A DNA stretch of 64,000 nt from Parcubacteria group bacterium Gr01-1014_8 (GTDB lineage: Bacteria > Patescibacteriota > Minisyncoccia > Phycocordibacterales > UBA2100): positions 32,001 to 96,000 of the forward strand of contig VMGC01000001.1 of the NCBI GenBank assembly GCA_007376385.1, written 5' to 3'. Within the stretch, counting starts at the first letter, position 1; each line of letters starts with the position of its first letter. Positions 1 to 7,587 of the stretch are shown here, piece after piece. The notes under the pieces are model-generated. The model searched no databases. It was not told the origin of the DNA and worked only from the letters and a program-made list of their open reading frames with translations. A program made the translations under genes and the position numbers.

Positions 1-1058
1 CCTGGGTCATAAACGAGAATATATGGATTCCACAGGACCATGCCGAACGCCACAACAGCAAGCGCACGCGATGCTAGATACACGCGGCCAGTCGCCTTTC
101 CAACAGTCGCAATAACCGCCATCGACGCCGCACGCACCGAGGATGACGCAAGACCGGTGATGAGCGCGAAAAATACAGCGACTCCGACACCAAGCGAAAA
201 GCGAACGTAGCGGTGCGTACGGCGAAACAACCACTCAACAAAACCGATGACAACCATGATGTTGTACCCGGAGAGAACCACGATGTGAATCAAGCCGACT
301 GTGCGAAATATATCTGTCATCTCACCGCCAAGCGCGCGTTTATCACCTGCAGTAATGCCGCCGGCCAAACCCGCATGCGGTTCTGGAAGCGCCATTCCTA
401 AACCATATAGATATTGTTGTTTTATCCATATTGCACCTGTCTTGAACGGATTTTTTTGTGCTTCTCCGATTTTCTCAACCTGCGCAAACGCAAGCTCATA
501 GAGCATGCCGTCTTTTGCAAGATACATCGGATAATTAAATTCTCTCCCCTCGCCCAATTCGCCTGCCTGCGCCGTGCCCCGCGCGGCAGGCAGGAAACTT
601 CTCGGCAGCCGCAACGTGCCTTCCGCTCTTACGTGGTCACCATATTGAATGTCGGTGAGAAGCGGCGCGACCACAAGCACGCCTGCGGAGATAGTACTGG
701 TTGCATCCTTGAATATGATGCGCTCTGCATGCATTGAAAGTCTGATGTTACTTTCTCTGTTATCAGGCTCTTCAAATATGTAGCCTTCAAGTACGACCTT
801 TTCCTGTACCTCTGTATCAACTATGGGTTCAGTCACGAGTACTGCCTCGTGCATTCGTATCAGACCCCCAACTGCCGCAAGAAATGCAACCGATAGTACC
901 GCGACTTTTTGAGCGCGAGTCACCCATGAATATGCTGCAAGGGAAAGAGCGAGTACAAGGACGAAGGAAATTTCATACCAATCTACGGATACGAGAGAAT
1001 GAACGAAAACTCCGAGAAGAAATCCGCAGACGATAGCCCACAGATGCCAATGGCTCAT
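1..1058 (-). CDS. comEC: ComEC/Rec2 DNA-internalization competence protein (N-terminal part; gene continues beyond window start)
   Basis: Manual translation of the minus strand from the ATG at 1058-1056 stays open to the window edge. The ATG overlaps the mscL stop as ATGA. The product is a multi-TM protein containing 'LPEPHAGLAGGITAGDKRALGGEMTDIFRTVGLIHIVVLSGYNIMVV', which is characteristic of the ComEC competence domain. It is absent from the ORF track because there is no stop codon inside the window. Confidence 0.7.
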   Translation of the reverse strand, partial: MSHWHLWAIVCGFLLGVFVHSLVSVDWYEISFVLVLALSLAAYSWVTRAQKVAVLSVAFLAAVGGLIRMHEAVLVTEPIVDTEVQEKVVLEGYIFEEPDNRESNIRLSMHAERIIFKDATSTISAGVLVVAPLLTDIQYGDHVRAEGTLRLPRSFLPAARGTAQAGELGEGREFNYPMYLAKDGMLYELAFAQVEKIGEAQKNPFKTGAIWIKQQYLYGLGMALPEPHAGLAGGITAGDKRALGGEMTDIFRTVGLIHIVVLSGYNIMVVIGFVEWLFRRTHRYVRFSLGVGVAVFFALITGLASSSVRAASMAVIATVGKATGRVYLASRALAVVAFGMVLWNPYILVYDP

Positions 1059-1372
1059 TCCTCTTTTGGTTTATCCAACTTATCTAGGCGGAGCAGCCTG
1101 AAGACGAAGTAAATGAGCGCAAGAAGGACGAGGAAATCTATCGAGACGGAGACAAAATCTCCTATAGCAAAGGGGCCAACGGTGAATTTCGAAAAACTTT
1201 CCGCACGTCCTAGAAAAATGTTGATGAACGGGTTCACGATGTCGTTCACAAAAGCGGTTACGACTTTTTGTACGGACGTACCGAGAACAAAACCTATTGC
1301 GAGTCCCATCACACCTCGCTCGCGAACAAAATTTACAAAATTAGAGAAGCCGCCTCTGAGCTGTTCTTTCAT
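1055..1372 (-). CDS. mscL: large-conductance mechanosensitive channel MscL
   Basis: About 105 aa. 'MKEQLRGGFSNFVNFVRERGVMGLAIGFVLGTSVQKVVTAFVNDIVNPFINIFLG' is a textbook MscL N-terminus and TM1, followed by TM2 and a charged C-terminal tail. Start chosen at the internal Met (MKEQ). Confidence 0.9.
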   Translation of the reverse strand: MKEQLRGGFSNFVNFVRERGVMGLAIGFVLGTSVQKVVTAFVNDIVNPFINIFLGRAESFSKFTVGPFAIGDFVSVSIDFLVLLALIYFVFRLLRLDKLDKPKEE

Positions 1373-1376
1373 AACG

Positions 1377-1820
1377 CTACATCCACACCTCAATAATTAT
1401 TCCCATCACAATAAGCGAGACGAGATAGTATCCGCTCTGAATGAACCAGAGTTTCCACGGCTTTCCATCCCAGAGGACAACGCCGACCGTAACCGGTGCA
1501 ACGAAACCAAGCCACATCCAAAATCCGCTGGTGAGACCCGCCATCAGGCCGCTTGTCTGCATGTAGGAGGTCGCGAACACAAGAACGTGCGAAAGTACAT
1601 ATGCCATTACAAGCGCCCCGATTGCCTGAATGAGATACGTTTTCCACCCTTCCTTTTTCATTTTTTCTCTGCCTGCGGAGATTTCTGCCTCTGTCCATCC
1701 CATTGAAGCGATCCATTGCTTACCCAAGATAGGGCCGAACCACAAAAAACCTAACACCATCGATGAAACTGCCGCGACAATAACTGAAAGATAATTTACG
1801 GATACTTCCATACATCTCAT
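1377..1820 (-). CDS. DUF1761-family small membrane protein
   Basis: 'NYLSVIVAAVSSMVLGFLWFGPILGKQW' matches the conserved DUF1761 N-terminus and the protein has four predicted TM helices. The start could be M1 or M4. Confidence 0.65.
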   Translation of the reverse strand: MRCMEVSVNYLSVIVAAVSSMVLGFLWFGPILGKQWIASMGWTEAEISAGREKMKKEGWKTYLIQAIGALVMAYVLSHVLVFATSYMQTSGLMAGLTSGFWMWLGFVAPVTVGVVLWDGKPWKLWFIQSGYYLVSLIVMGIIIEVWM

Positions 1821-1835
1821 TATGCGATTGGCTAA

Positions 1836-1872
1836 TGCAAAAAGTGTAGCACCGGCCCTATATCGGTGCTAC
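1836..1872 (-). terminator. rho-independent terminator downstream of rnhA
   Basis: Perfect 9-bp inverted repeat GTAGCACCG/CGGTGCTAC at 1846-1854 and 1864-1872. On the minus strand it is followed by a U-run (plus-strand AAAAAGT at 1839-1845). Confidence 0.5.
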
Positions 1873-2276
1873 GCCTGGCTGTCGATTGCTTCATTCACCA
1901 GCTTGTCTGCTTTTTTGTTCTTTTCTCGAGGCACATACGCGAATGTAACTACGCCAAAATCCTTTAAAAGATCCCGAACTTTCGCAACTTGCGGCTTCAA
2001 CGTCGGCTCTTTTATTTTCCAATTACCCATTAGCTGTTCTACAACAAGTTTCGAGTCAAGGTAGAACCGTATGTCGCTTCCGGTAAGTCCGAGTTCGAGC
2101 ATTTTTCCAAGCGCAACAACAACTGCCTCATATTCCGCCCAATTATTCGTTTGATGTGCGCCCAAAAATTGCGCTACTTCAGCGATAACCCTTCCATCCT
2201 TGCGGATAATGACGCCTGCACCAGCAGGTCCTGGATTTCCACGCGCACCTCCGTCGGTATAGATAACCACCGACAT
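1869..2276 (-). CDS. rnhA: ribonuclease HI
   Basis: 'IYTDGGARGNPGPAGAGVII' is the RNase H type-1 N-terminal motif. The conserved acidic residues are present and the length is about 135 aa. Confidence 0.9.
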   Translation of the reverse strand: MSVVIYTDGGARGNPGPAGAGVIIRKDGRVIAEVAQFLGAHQTNNWAEYEAVVVALGKMLELGLTGSDIRFYLDSKLVVEQLMGNWKIKEPTLKPQVAKVRDLLKDFGVVTFAYVPREKNKKADKLVNEAIDSQA

Positions 2277-2285
2277 ACACTTTTT

Positions 2286-2936
2286 TTACGCGGCAACGTT
2301 TGAGGTAACAGGTACAACTTCACTTGATCTGTGTTCCAGGGTCCGATAGACGTGAGCCATTGCAAGAATGGTGATAGGAATTGTCACCAAAAGACCAACG
2401 AATAGAGCCAGCGCGCCCACAATATTGAGGCCCGCAATCGCAAGAATGAACAAGAGCAACTGCAATCGATGTCCCTTTGTGATGCGTGCGCTTTCTTTCA
2501 TCGCCTCGATGGGACCGAGGCCTTTATCTATGACCAGATAATTCGAGAACATGAGTATCAGCAGCGCGATGATACCAGGAACAATCAGAAGAATGAGACC
2601 AACAATGACAATAGTGCCGTTTAGGATTTTTACGCCAAGGTAGGACCAAAACGGTAATTTATTCCATCCATCAGAGAATTTTACGGTTTCAGCTGCATCG
2701 TGAGATCTTAGAGCAATGTTGACGAGCATCATGTCGACGAAAATCCCGATAACTCCCGCCGCGATCGACACCAAGAATTGCATACCGCCGATATTGCTCT
2801 TCTCTGGATCTGTAACGGTAGAAAGAATGCCATACACAATGAAGAGGCAGACAATAACACCTATGAAAAACCACGGTCGTTTTGTAAATGTATTCCACCC
2901 GAACTTGATAGAATCGCCTATTGAAAATGTATTCAT
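2286..2936 (-). CDS. polytopic membrane protein (DUF975-like), function unknown
   Basis: 216 aa with five to six hydrophobic helices. I see no catalytic motif. Confidence 0.5.
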   Translation of the reverse strand: MNTFSIGDSIKFGWNTFTKRPWFFIGVIVCLFIVYGILSTVTDPEKSNIGGMQFLVSIAAGVIGIFVDMMLVNIALRSHDAAETVKFSDGWNKLPFWSYLGVKILNGTIVIVGLILLIVPGIIALLILMFSNYLVIDKGLGPIEAMKESARITKGHRLQLLLFILAIAGLNIVGALALFVGLLVTIPITILAMAHVYRTLEHRSSEVVPVTSNVAA

Positions 2937-3104
2937 ACCCCGTTAGAAAATGTGCCTTTGCGGCAGAAGCCTACCGGCTGCCGCGGCGTAATCGATTAAA
3001 AGCTCGACTGTGTTGATTTGTTTAGTTTGGTGATTTGTTTTCATGCGTTGTACAAGCCTAAGGCACATTTCGTTACGGGGCATAGACGGCACTATATCAT
3101 GGAC

Positions 3105-4781
3105 TTATGTGACTCTCGTTATATCCACAAGGCGGAGCGCAAGGGAGTTTTGCCCCCTAAATGTATCGTGTACAAGAGTGGCGAGAACATCCGATTCCTG
3201 GCCGGGCTGCGGCGCAAAAGCAAAATCGCTGGGCAATCTGAAAAAATCGAAAGCGCGGGCCGTCACGCCAGTCGCAAAACAGGATAATGTGACCTCTACA
3301 TGATTCTTTTCCTTGCCAAAACTTCGCACTGAACCTATCGAGGCTCGTGGGATGCGAAATATGGGCTTCAGATTCCCCAGTCCAAACGGCGCTAAGCGCG
3401 ATACATCTCTAAAAAGAGGAAATGAGATCTCCGAGAGAGCCACAGTGGCGTCGTACTCGTCGCGTTTTTGGATCGTGGCAGCCTCTATTTGAGCAGCCGC
3501 ATTTTTGAGCACATCGTGCAGAGTGTGTACTGCTTCATGTGAGACAGAAAATCCGCCAGAGCCATGGTGTCCGCCATATTCTTCAAATGAAAGGGCGGCG
3601 CGCGAAAAAAGCTCGACCACCGAAATGCTTCCGTCGGAGCGGCATGAGCCTTTCAACTCCCCTTTCCCATTTCTCCCCCACATGCACACAAGTCCACCAC
3701 GTTCGCCTACTATGGAATTTGCAACAAGCCCGAGAAGCGCTGGTTTCCATTCCACATCTCCGAGAACAATGACTTGATCGGCGGATGAAAACCGCATTGA
3801 GACACGTTTTTTTGCTTCTCTCACTATGGAACCGACTGCGCCTTTTCGACGTGCATTTAATTCTTCAAGGTGCGCGACTAATTTTTCCGCATCCCGCGAG
3901 TTTTTTGCGACGAGAAGTTGAAATGCTGTTTCCGGATCACCCATTCGCGAAGCCGCATTAATGCGCGGCGCAAACGAAAAAGATATATCATCTTCAGTGA
4001 GTTCACTTTGCCGCAGGCGAAGTTGTGCGCATAGCGCACGAATCCCCGGCCTCTGCGTTTTTCGAAGAACCGTAAGCCCAAAATACGCAAGGGTTCGATT
4101 TTCACCTACTAAGGGCACCATATCCGCTATGGTCGCAATGGCGACAAGGTCCAGAAGCCACTTCTCCCAGCCTTCGGGAATTGCCGTAAACGCAGCAAGA
4201 TTGCGTTTACGGCCTTCGGTAAGAAGCGCAGACGCTAATTTCCAGGCAACAGCCGCGCCACAGAGGTCTCGGAATGGATAATTTCCCAGTTTAGGATTTA
4301 TGATCGCAAACGCATCCGGCAATGTTTCTTTTACTTCGTGGTGATCTGTCACAATGACGTCAATACCTCTCTGTTTCGCATGACTCGCTCCCTCATACGC
4401 AACGGTACCTACATCTATCGTAATGATGAGCGATACTCCTTTCTTGGCTAATTTCTCTATCGCATCTGTATGAAAGCCATACCCTTCCATATCCCTGTGC
4501 GGAATATAGACTTCGATGTTCTCGTAGCCGATTTTCGCGAACGTGTCATACAAAACGGCTGCCCCGGGGATCCCATCGCAGTCGAAATCGGCGTATAGAG
4601 TGATCTTTTCTTTATGTTGCATCGCAGATAGGATGCGCCCGATCGCCCTATCCATTTCTTGCAGTGCCATAGGATCATGCGTGTCGCGCACGAAGTCTGG
4701 CTGCAAGAACTTTGCAATGGTCTCTTCATCCGTTATTCCCCGTTTTGTGAGAAGCGTACGCACTAACTCAGAAACTTCCAT
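3105..4781 (-). CDS. recJ: single-stranded-DNA-specific exonuclease RecJ
   Basis: DHH motifs ('LYADFDCDGIPGAAVL', 'IITIDVG', 'VIVTDHH') followed by a DHHA1 region. Length 558 aa. Confidence 0.9.
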   Translation of the reverse strand: MEVSELVRTLLTKRGITDEETIAKFLQPDFVRDTHDPMALQEMDRAIGRILSAMQHKEKITLYADFDCDGIPGAAVLYDTFAKIGYENIEVYIPHRDMEGYGFHTDAIEKLAKKGVSLIITIDVGTVAYEGASHAKQRGIDVIVTDHHEVKETLPDAFAIINPKLGNYPFRDLCGAAVAWKLASALLTEGRKRNLAAFTAIPEGWEKWLLDLVAIATIADMVPLVGENRTLAYFGLTVLRKTQRPGIRALCAQLRLRQSELTEDDISFSFAPRINAASRMGDPETAFQLLVAKNSRDAEKLVAHLEELNARRKGAVGSIVREAKKRVSMRFSSADQVIVLGDVEWKPALLGLVANSIVGERGGLVCMWGRNGKGELKGSCRSDGSISVVELFSRAALSFEEYGGHHGSGGFSVSHEAVHTLHDVLKNAAAQIEAATIQKRDEYDATVALSEISFPLFRDVSRLAPFGLGNLKPIFRIPRASIGSVRSFGKEKNHVEVTLSCFATGVTARAFDFFRLPSDFAFAPQPGQESDVLATLVHDTFRGQNSLALRLVDITRVT

Positions 4782-4811
4782 TCTCCCTATTGTATCTTAT
4801 ACTCAACAGGT

Positions 4812-5219
4812 ATGCCCCAATGTCTTTTTTGCAAAATAATTCGCGGCGAAATACCGACAAACAAGGTCTATGAAGATGAGAAAACATTTGCATTTCTTGA
4901 TATCAATCCAGTGAACCCGGGACACACGCTTGTTGTCCCAAAAAAACACGCAGTGGATATCTTTGAGATGGAGGAGGAAGAGTGGAATGCTGTTATGAAC
5001 AGCGTGCACAAAATTTCGCATGCACTCGAGAAATCAATCGGCCCGACTGGCATCAACCTCGCCATGAACAACCGCTCTGGCGCAGGACAGCTCGTATTTC
5101 ATGCGCATGTGCACATTATGCCGCGCTTCCCGAACGACGGCCACGAATTATGGAAAGGGAAACCGTATAGAAAAGGAGAGGCCGCGAGAGTTGCAGAAAA
5201 GATACGCACGAACCTCTAG
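4812..5219 (+). CDS. HIT-family (histidine triad) nucleotide hydrolase
   Basis: 'CLFCKII' at the N-terminus and the HxHxHxx motif 'HAHVHIMPR'. Length 135 aa. Confidence 0.85.
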   Translation: MPQCLFCKIIRGEIPTNKVYEDEKTFAFLDINPVNPGHTLVVPKKHAVDIFEMEEEEWNAVMNSVHKISHALEKSIGPTGINLAMNNRSGAGQLVFHAHVHIMPRFPNDGHELWKGKPYRKGEAARVAEKIRTNL

Positions 5220-5221
5220 CG

Positions 5222-5920
5222 CTAGAAGTATTGATTACACTGCGGTGTCGGGAGCGGAAGACTTTGGACGCACATCCCTGTGTACCATGTTGCTGGTCCA
5301 CCTGGATATGAACGCTGGTATCCGCTGCATCCATGCGTCTGCCAGATCTTACAGTTATACGGCATGTTAGAAGGGTCCGAAGATGACGTTTGCGTCGGTG
5401 CTCCCGCCGGGCAATATGAAGTACACAACCACTGACCTCCCTTGCATTGAAATACAGGCAAAACCGCTGTCCTGTTTGGGCAAATCCCCGATGGAAGACA
5501 CAAACTCACGCCAGTCGAGGCTGTCCAGCCACCTTCTGACGTCATCCCTTCAGCGTATATCTGACCATTATATGTACAGGATGCGCCGGTTGTTGTTTGC
5601 GTTGTTGTCGTTGACGGCTTGCAGGCATAACCAGTCACACAGTTGTACGAGTCGTACGAGACTGTGAGCGCTGTTGAACACGATGGTGGCATGACCAGAG
5701 TGCACCTGTGCGTCTGTGCAACTTGCTTTTGCAGGTTAGCTATCTGCGTTTGCAATTTTGTTATCTCCTGTGTCAATTTCAAGACGAGATCTTTTTGCAA
5801 TTGTATTATCTGCTGGAATAGCGCGATTATCTGCGATTGCAGGTCGGTACTCTCGGCAGCTGACACCATGGGAGCAATGAGAAGGAAGCAAATGCCGATC
5901 GCCGTTAGAAGCTTCGCCAT
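5222..5920 (-). CDS. secreted Cys-rich protein, paralog family member 1 (signal peptide + coiled-coil helix + Cys-rich C-terminus)
   Basis: Start taken at 'MAKLLTAIGICFLLIAPMVSAA', a signal peptide. The long heptad helix 'LQSQIIALFQQIIQLQKDLVLKLTQEITKLQTQIANLQKQV' follows, then roughly 18 cysteines in the C-terminal half. It lacks the PG-binding domain that its neighbours carry. Confidence 0.6.
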   Translation of the reverse strand: MAKLLTAIGICFLLIAPMVSAAESTDLQSQIIALFQQIIQLQKDLVLKLTQEITKLQTQIANLQKQVAQTHRCTLVMPPSCSTALTVSYDSYNCVTGYACKPSTTTTQTTTGASCTYNGQIYAEGMTSEGGWTASTGVSLCLPSGICPNRTAVLPVFQCKGGQWLCTSYCPAGAPTQTSSSDPSNMPYNCKIWQTHGCSGYQRSYPGGPATWYTGMCVQSLPLPTPQCNQYF

Positions 5921-5927
5921 AATTCTG

Positions 5928-7466
5928 CTACGGCGTAATGTTGATATCTTGAGGCGGATAGTAAACACCCGTCACGGTTGGCGGCGTAGCAAGGAGAACA
6001 ATAACATTTCCATATATGTCTGTGGTGAACCACCTGCCCTCGCGGCACATGTACAAATGCTCTGTTTGGAATTGATTTGCGCCCGAGTATGCCCTCTGCC
6101 CATTCGTGAAGACGATCCCATTGGCGCTCACGCAGAGCGAGCCCGTGCCGTACGGAACGTATCCATACTGACTGTCCGAACTCCACATGCCATTTTGACA
6201 GGTGAGTGTCACCGATGATGATCCTGTCAAAAGAGCGCATATATTTTCGTTTGGGAAGTCCCGACATGTCTTACCGTTCCCCCCGGAGGGATACGCAGAG
6301 TCGAACAGATTTGGACCCGGCGGAAGCGTGTACGATTGCCCATTGCCGTACACAGTGCCGTTTATCACACACGAATTTACGTCTCCCGTAAGATACCCTG
6401 AACCGATCGAGGGAATGGCGACCCACGTTCCGCCCATGCACTGCAAGAATGGATAACTTGTGCATGAAGAGCTTGATGATGCAGCGCACGCTGGACTTGC
6501 GGTCACTTCCCCATCAGGGTACGTCTTGCTGTTCAGTTTGCATGAACTCCCTCCGATCCCGATATTCGTAAGGTCCGGATCATTCACCTGAACAGAAAGT
6601 GTCGCGGTCGTATCTGCACCACTCGCGTCTTTGGCAAAAACCACGATCGTGAATTTTCCGGTTGAACTATACGCGTGCGAATAGGAGACGGCTGAGCTGT
6701 ATGGTGTGCCCTCGCGAGAGATGTTCAATAACTGGGAAAGAGAAGAACCCTCATCTCCCCACACAACGCTAAAATTAACCACGTTTCCTTCAGGATCGCT
6801 CCCGCTGACCCTCCATGTATTGCTTTTGTTGATGTCAACGGTTGTGGGACCGACAACGGAAGAAATAATAGGAGGCTTGTTGATGGGCGTTACTGTCGTG
6901 TCGACTGCCGACACACAGGTCCATCCTACATGGCAACCCTTCGGGTCATTGTTCTTTTCCCATGTACCTGTACACGTCAACACTGGCTGCGGTGGCGGTG
7001 TGAGGCACTGATTGCTCGGAGGGGGAGGACGCGTACAGTATGTGCTTATCACATACTGGAACGTTCGAGCTCCAAACACGCCGCCATCCGCCGCCTGTGA
7101 AATAATCCCCACTTTCAGCTGAAATTGAATAAGTCCATTCTCTGTTATTGGCCCGAAAAACCCCGTGATGTCTACACTGAAATATCCCTGACTTTTCAGA
7201 AATAGCTGCAACGCTTCAACATCGCCACCGCTATCGCCGCGTTTCAATGGAAATCGTGATATCGAACAAATAACATTCCCGCCAGCGGGCGGTGCAACCT
7301 CTGTGCTTCCCCCTGCTGCGGCAATTTTTGCTTGCAGCTGTGCGATTTGGGCAAGAAGCACTTCTATCTGCGCTTTTACCTCATCAGCAGTGAGTGCGCT
7401 TGAGATAACTGGAACCAAGATAAGCCCCGCGAGAGATGCGCACAAAGCGCGCTTGAAAGTGCTCAT
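5928..7466 (-). CDS. secreted surface protein, paralog 2: signal peptide + coiled-coil + peptidoglycan-binding-like domain + PKD/Ig-like domain + Cys-rich C-terminus
   Basis: Signal peptide 'LAGLILVPVISSALT'. Helix 'VKAQIEVLLAQIAQLQAKIAAA'. A PG_binding_1-like segment 'LKRGDSGGDVEALQLFLKSQGYFSVDITGFFGPITENGLIQFQ'. An Ig/PKD-like segment 'PPIISSVVGPTTVDINKSNTWRVSGSDPEGNVVNFSVVWGDEGS'. Many cysteines follow. Confidence 0.65.
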   Translation of the reverse strand: MSTFKRALCASLAGLILVPVISSALTADEVKAQIEVLLAQIAQLQAKIAAAGGSTEVAPPAGGNVICSISRFPLKRGDSGGDVEALQLFLKSQGYFSVDITGFFGPITENGLIQFQLKVGIISQAADGGVFGARTFQYVISTYCTRPPPPSNQCLTPPPQPVLTCTGTWEKNNDPKGCHVGWTCVSAVDTTVTPINKPPIISSVVGPTTVDINKSNTWRVSGSDPEGNVVNFSVVWGDEGSSLSQLLNISREGTPYSSAVSYSHAYSSTGKFTIVVFAKDASGADTTATLSVQVNDPDLTNIGIGGSSCKLNSKTYPDGEVTASPACAASSSSSCTSYPFLQCMGGTWVAIPSIGSGYLTGDVNSCVINGTVYGNGQSYTLPPGPNLFDSAYPSGGNGKTCRDFPNENICALLTGSSSVTLTCQNGMWSSDSQYGYVPYGTGSLCVSANGIVFTNGQRAYSGANQFQTEHLYMCREGRWFTTDIYGNVIVLLATPPTVTGVYYPPQDINITP

Positions 7467-7587
7467 TCCATCAATCGTAACGCATAAAACTCATATCTTG
7501 TCCGCATAGTGTGGATTGCAAGCTTACCCCAGCGGTATCTCGTGCGAGAATAGGGTTATTATCCGAATTACTCGTCATTCTTTTTTC

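Noticed and set aside
5643-6218. 191-aa plus-strand ORF antisense to the secreted-protein genes
   Set aside because: Cys/Arg-rich antisense artefact within two well-supported minus-strand genes.
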